A stretch of 64,000 bases of DNA from assembly GCA_045567955.1 (NCBI GenBank), contig JBJLBX010000013.1, positions 2,226 to 66,225 on the forward strand. Direction: 5' to 3'. Below, piece after piece: positions 59,870 through 64,000 of the stretch. Position 1 is the first letter of the stretch, and each line of letters starts with the position of its first letter. Made by a program: the position numbers and the translations under genes. Source of the DNA: Candidatus Poseidoniales archaeon. GTDB lineage: Archaea; Thermoplasmatota; Poseidoniia; MGIII; CG-Epi1. The notes beneath the pieces were generated by a model, which did not search any database, was not told the DNA's origin, and saw nothing but the letters and a program-made list of their open reading frames with translations.

Positions 59870-61362
59870 TGGAACCATCCAGTTTGTTTTTGCCTGAAAT
59901 AGTGCTTGTTGCCAGCATAATGACTATACCTGGTTTGTATATGCTGACTGGAACTAAAAAATCGTTTGCCTTGTGTTCTAATTTGACACTTGCTAGTATT
60001 TTGTTATTCCTAATTATTTCATGGTTTGATCCAGATACTTTATCAATGGAAAATGAAGTTTCAATATTCTTACTATATGGCCATTTCAAAATAGATGTTT
60101 TCTCTCAAATCTTTAAGATTATGTTTGTTCTTGTGGCTCTTGTAGTATCTTTGATAAGTAGCTCTTATTTTGATGAGGATGAGCCCCATCAAGCAGAATA
60201 CTATACTTTATTATTATCAAGTACATTAGGAATGCTAGTTGTAGCTTCAGCTAATGATTTCCTAACACTTTTCTTGGGTATTGAAATTTCAGCATTTAGT
60301 AGCTATGCTCTTGTTGCTTTCAGAAAGCAGGATGATAACTCTGCTGAAGCTGGAGCGAAGTATCTCTTGATTGGTGCTTTTTCTTCTGGTTTAACTCTTT
60401 ATGGAATATCTTTACTTTATGCAGTTACTGGATCATTAACTTTTGATGGAGTTCACTCATTTATTGATGGCATATCTCAAGGAGTTGTAGATGGTAATTT
60501 TAATGAAGTTATATTCATATCAAGTTTATTCATAATTGCTGGTCTTGGTTTTAAAATAGCTGTAGTTCCTTTCCATGCTTGGGCTCCTGATGTTTATCAG
60601 GGTGCTCCAACACCTGTAACAACGTTATTGGCAGCAGCAAGTAAAGGAATGGGATTCATTGCAATATTTAGAGTATTTTCATTTACTTTGGAATCAGTAT
60701 CTGATGAGTGGAAATTAGTTTTGGGCCTTATTGCTTTGGCTTCTATGACTCTTGGTAATTTAGCTGCAATATCACAGGAAGATATTGGTCGGATGTTAGC
60801 TTATTCTTCTATTGCACAGGCAGGATATATTATGATTGCAATACCTGCTATGACCGATGATGCTATGTCTGGAGCTATCGCACATACTTTGATTCATGCA
60901 TTTATGAAAGGTGGTGCCTTTGTTGTAGTAGCTGGTCTGGGTGCTGTTGGTTTAGGTTACAGTCTTGATTCTTACAAGGGTTTGGCACAACGTTCACAGT
61001 TACTGGCTCTTTCTATGACAGTTTGTCTTCTTTCGTTAGTAGGTATTCCGCCGTTTGCAGGTTTTATCAGTAAATTCTTATTATTTTATGGTACACTTCA
61101 GGCAGGTTTATCTGGAGAAACCTGGATTATAGCTTTAGTAATTGCAGGTGTACTTAATTCTGCATTATCACTGTATTATTATCTTAAGATAATAAGATAT
61201 ATGTATCTGCACGAACCTGTGGAAGATAAAGAAGTAGTATTTTCTAATTCCATAAGGTATGTTTCATTAGTAACAATATTATTATTGGGAGTTATTTTCC
61301 CATTATATTGGCAATCTCTCTTTGAAATTTGTAAGGAGGCTTCAACAGCCTTAATGGGATGA
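59869..61362 (+). CDS. nuoN: complex I subunit NuoN
   Basis: 497 aa, 14-TM antiporter-like. FHAWAPDVYQGAPTPVTTLLAAASKGMGF signature. TAATG-coupled to nuoM. Confidence 0.9.
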   Translation: MEPSSLFLPEIVLVASIMTIPGLYMLTGTKKSFALCSNLTLASILLFLIISWFDPDTLSMENEVSIFLLYGHFKIDVFSQIFKIMFVLVALVVSLISSSYFDEDEPHQAEYYTLLLSSTLGMLVVASANDFLTLFLGIEISAFSSYALVAFRKQDDNSAEAGAKYLLIGAFSSGLTLYGISLLYAVTGSLTFDGVHSFIDGISQGVVDGNFNEVIFISSLFIIAGLGFKIAVVPFHAWAPDVYQGAPTPVTTLLAAASKGMGFIAIFRVFSFTLESVSDEWKLVLGLIALASMTLGNLAAISQEDIGRMLAYSSIAQAGYIMIAIPAMTDDAMSGAIAHTLIHAFMKGGAFVVVAGLGAVGLGYSLDSYKGLAQRSQLLALSMTVCLLSLVGIPPFAGFISKFLLFYGTLQAGLSGETWIIALVIAGVLNSALSLYYYLKIIRYMYLHEPVEDKEVVFSNSIRYVSLVTILLLGVIFPLYWQSLFEICKEASTALMG

Positions 61363-61619
61363 TTGATAAAAAAAGTGCAACATATTTACAGTTTGAGAAA
61401 TTGTGGGATGGTATTACTCCCAAAGGCAAGAATCATTCTAAAAAGGATACTTTTAGATCTCGAATGAAAAATTCATGTCAGCAGGAAGGTTTGGAATTTA
61501 GTAAAATTAATTCATATTTTATATTTTCAGGTGACAGTAAGAAATTAGATTCAGATACACGAATGGATGGTGACGTCAAAATATCTAAACCACCTAGACG
61601 TCATTTAAGAAAATTTTAG
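61359..61619 (+). CDS. hypothetical basic soluble protein, translationally coupled to nuoN
   Basis: 86-aa ORF with an ATGA overlap with the nuoN stop. No TM helices and no family motif. Its 3' end overlaps the convergent idsA-like gene by 4 nt. Confidence 0.4.
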   Translation: MIDKKSATYLQFEKLWDGITPKGKNHSKKDTFRSRMKNSCQQEGLEFSKINSYFIFSGDSKKLDSDTRMDGDVKISKPPRRHLRKF

Positions 61620-62593
61620 TATTTATCGGTAGCAATCAGTTCACTAGCAAATGAGAGTGGTACTTGTTCTAATAATTTTTTGGAAGCTGAATCTGGAACT
61701 TTTTCTAGAAATTTCATTGCCATGTCTTGCCAAGGTTGAATTAAACTCTCAAATACCTCTTGAGCGTGTCTGATTTCTACATTTTCAATTAATTTTTCAG
61801 AGTTTCCGTTAAAGATAAACTCGTTTACCATTTTTTGGTATTGTGGATAATTGCTCAGTTTTGTTAAAGGTAGAGTTGGTATTTTCAGAGCTAAATCACC
61901 AACTGGTGTTTTTGTTAACAAAGAATTTCTTAAGTCCAGGAAGTCATCAGCTATTTGGTACAAAATACCGACACACTCACCATATTTATACATGTCAAGA
62001 GCAAGATCAGTTCTTGGAGAAACTAAGGTACCTAATTCAGCAGCAGTACTATAGAGTGCACCAGTTTTTCTTTTAATTCTATCTAGGTATACGGCCTCAG
62101 TATAATTTTTTTTATCTGTAAAGTCAGCAATAGCACCTTCTGATAATTTTCTAGCACATCTTGCTAGTGTTTTTCCTGTAGCTAATGAGACTGCACCATG
62201 TAATGAGCCTGTTGCAACCATTAAATCAGCAACTAATACTGAAGTTCTTGGCCCGAGTTCATTCCATAATGCTGGCGCAGATCTCCTAAATTTATCTCCA
62301 TCTATCCAGTCATCATGTATTAACGCACCACAGTGAACCAATTCTAGAGCCATACTACATTCAAAAGCTAAATGTGTATCTCCTCCTAAAGCATCTGAAA
62401 CCAATCTACATAATACAGGTCTTAGTCGTTTACCACCTTTTAGACCTTTTTCAAGAAGTCTAGCAACTTCTTGAGGTTCTTTAGAAATTTCTCTTCTTAA
62501 GTGATCATTAAATTCATTTTTGACTAGGTTATAGTAATTCCTTAATTCATCAGAAATAGTCAATATAGTTTTAATTTCTTCCTTCTGTTCCAT
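61616..62593 (-). CDS. idsA: trans-polyprenyl diphosphate synthase (GGPP synthase-like)
   Basis: First Asp-rich motif LIHDDWIDGD and second Asp-rich motif IADDFLD. 325 aa. Confidence 0.85.
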   Translation of the reverse strand: MEQKEEIKTILTISDELRNYYNLVKNEFNDHLRREISKEPQEVARLLEKGLKGGKRLRPVLCRLVSDALGGDTHLAFECSMALELVHCGALIHDDWIDGDKFRRSAPALWNELGPRTSVLVADLMVATGSLHGAVSLATGKTLARCARKLSEGAIADFTDKKNYTEAVYLDRIKRKTGALYSTAAELGTLVSPRTDLALDMYKYGECVGILYQIADDFLDLRNSLLTKTPVGDLALKIPTLPLTKLSNYPQYQKMVNEFIFNGNSEKLIENVEIRHAQEVFESLIQPWQDMAMKFLEKVPDSASKKLLEQVPLSFASELIATDKY

Positions 62594-62680
62594 TTTTTGT
62601 TTTCCAAATTAAAATAACCAATCTTTTTTCTTCATATGTACCAGTATATAAATGTGCTTATTGTGTAAAAGGCTTATCTA

Positions 62681-64000
62681 TCAGTAATTTACTTTTTGGA
62701 GAGGTTTGATATAATCTTCCTCACCTTCTTTAAGAGAATCAATTGCAGCCTTTGCACCAGTCAGAGTCGTTATGAATGGTATACCCAATTCCACGGCAAG
62801 TCTTCGCATTTGAGCACCATCTGTTGCAGCCCTTCTTCCAGTAGGTAAATTTATGATTAAATCTACACTTCCTTTTCTCATAATTGATAAGATATCAGGC
62901 TGCCTTCTATCTGATATTCTCCATATAACTTTACTATCTATTCCACATTTCCGAAGTGATGCTGCAGTTCCTTTAGTAGCTATTATGCTAAAACCATGAC
63001 CTACTATATCTTTAGCTATATCTTCAAAATCCAATTTTAGTTTATTGGAAATTGACAAGAAGACAGTACCTTTAGTCGGCAATCTCTTATTTCCACCTTT
63101 CATGGCTTTGAGATATGCAGTTCCAAAGTTAGGCCCATGCCCCATGGCTTCTCCAGTCGATTTCATTTCAGGACCAAGTACTGTGTCTAATCCCGTCAAT
63201 TTCAGCCAAGAAAATGTTGGGACTTTTACAGATGCTCCCTTCATAGGAATTGTCTTAGGTATTTTATCTAATTTATCTCCAAGCATTGCATTGACTGCAA
63301 TTCTTGCCATTGGATATCCTGTCGATTTACTTACGAATGGTAAAGTTCTACTAGCTCTTGGATTTGCTTCTAAAAGATATATTACATCATCTTTAACAGC
63401 TAATTGTAAATTTGCAGCTCCTACTATACTCAATATTGTTGCAACTTTTCGAGAGATATCCTCTACATCTTTTATGTTTTTCTTAGAAAGAGATTGTGCC
63501 GGCATTACGCAAGCACTGTCCCCTGAATGAACTCCAGCCATCTCAATTTGTTCCATAATAGCTCCAATTATTACATTTTTACCATCTGATACTAAATCAA
63601 TATCGAGTTCAATAGCACCTTCAAGGAATTTATCAACTAATACTGGTTTTTCAGGGGAGGCATGAGCTTCAAGTTTCAGGTATTGATTTAGTTGCTTTGA
63701 ATTATGAACTATTTCCATTCCCCTACCTCCTAGAACAAAAGATGGTCTGACTAAAACAGGAAATCCAATTTCGTTAGAATATTGAATAACTTCCTCGGAA
63801 CTTTTTGCAGCCGCCCATTTAGGCATGGCAATACCTGCCTTTTCCATTAAATCTCCACACTTTCCACGATCTTCTGCCAAATCCATATCCTTAACTTTTG
63901 TACCTAATATTTTTGTGGGAAGCTTCTCTTTTCGTATGTATTCATCTATGTCAGATGCCAGGTTAACGGCAGTTTGGCCCCCTAGTTGAAGAATAATGCC
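62681..64000 (-). CDS. carB: carbamoyl-phosphate synthase large subunit, C-terminal portion (gene continues beyond window)
   Basis: The frame is open to nt 64000 (GIILQLGGQTAVNLA...ILGTKVKDMDLAEDR). It contains the second ATP-grasp half and a C-terminal MGS-like domain. Confidence 0.9.
   Translation of the reverse strand, partial: GIILQLGGQTAVNLASDIDEYIRKEKLPTKILGTKVKDMDLAEDRGKCGDLMEKAGIAMPKWAAAKSSEEVIQYSNEIGFPVLVRPSFVLGGRGMEIVHNSKQLNQYLKLEAHASPEKPVLVDKFLEGAIELDIDLVSDGKNVIIGAIMEQIEMAGVHSGDSACVMPAQSLSKKNIKDVEDISRKVATILSIVGAANLQLAVKDDVIYLLEANPRASRTLPFVSKSTGYPMARIAVNAMLGDKLDKIPKTIPMKGASVKVPTFSWLKLTGLDTVLGPEMKSTGEAMGHGPNFGTAYLKAMKGGNKRLPTKGTVFLSISNKLKLDFEDIAKDIVGHGFSIIATKGTAASLRKCGIDSKVIWRISDRRQPDILSIMRKGSVDLIINLPTGRRAATDGAQMRRLAVELGIPFITTLTGAKAAIDSLKEGEEDYIKPLQKVNY

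Overview
This is an AT-rich, gene-dense chromosomal segment of an archaeon, with about 70 supported CDS and 3 tRNAs. Many adjacent genes share 1-nt (TAATG) or 4-nt (ATGA/GTGA) stop/start overlaps. The information-processing genes are clearly archaeal: TFB, PCNA, thermosome, aIF2-gamma, aCPSF1, Elp3, Alba, Trm56, RpoN, S6e/L18e/L13/S9, Sec61-beta, proteasome beta and deoxyhypusine synthase. Several metabolic genes look bacterial: AceE-type E1, PanB, PurN, ROK fructokinase and Hbd. I associate this mix with planktonic marine Euryarchaeota (MGII/III-like), but I cannot verify taxonomy without a database. I found no rRNA, CRISPR array, transposase, integrase or prophage signature. Three loci deserve a second look. 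(1) A 12-gene nuo operon (49.8-61.6 kb) lacks nuoEFG. Its NuoM carries an N-terminal blue-copper cupredoxin domain, its NuoI carries four instead of two 4Fe-4S motifs, and its split NuoJ carries a ~200-aa extracytoplasmic tandem-repeat insertion. (2) A divergent gene pair lies at 15.8-21.4 kb. One gene encodes a 4-TM protein with a ~470-aa coiled coil that ends in a bacterial GreA/GreB-type C-terminal domain. The other encodes a zinc ribbon, an acidic disordered linker, 10 TM helices and a McrB-type GTPase, with no McrC partner. (3) A tightly packed pepQ-elp3-asnB-like-Cys-rich operon (21.4-25.3 kb) suggests a candidate amidating enzyme acting after Elp3. All calls rest on motifs read from the translations and on remembered family signatures. 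No searches were run.
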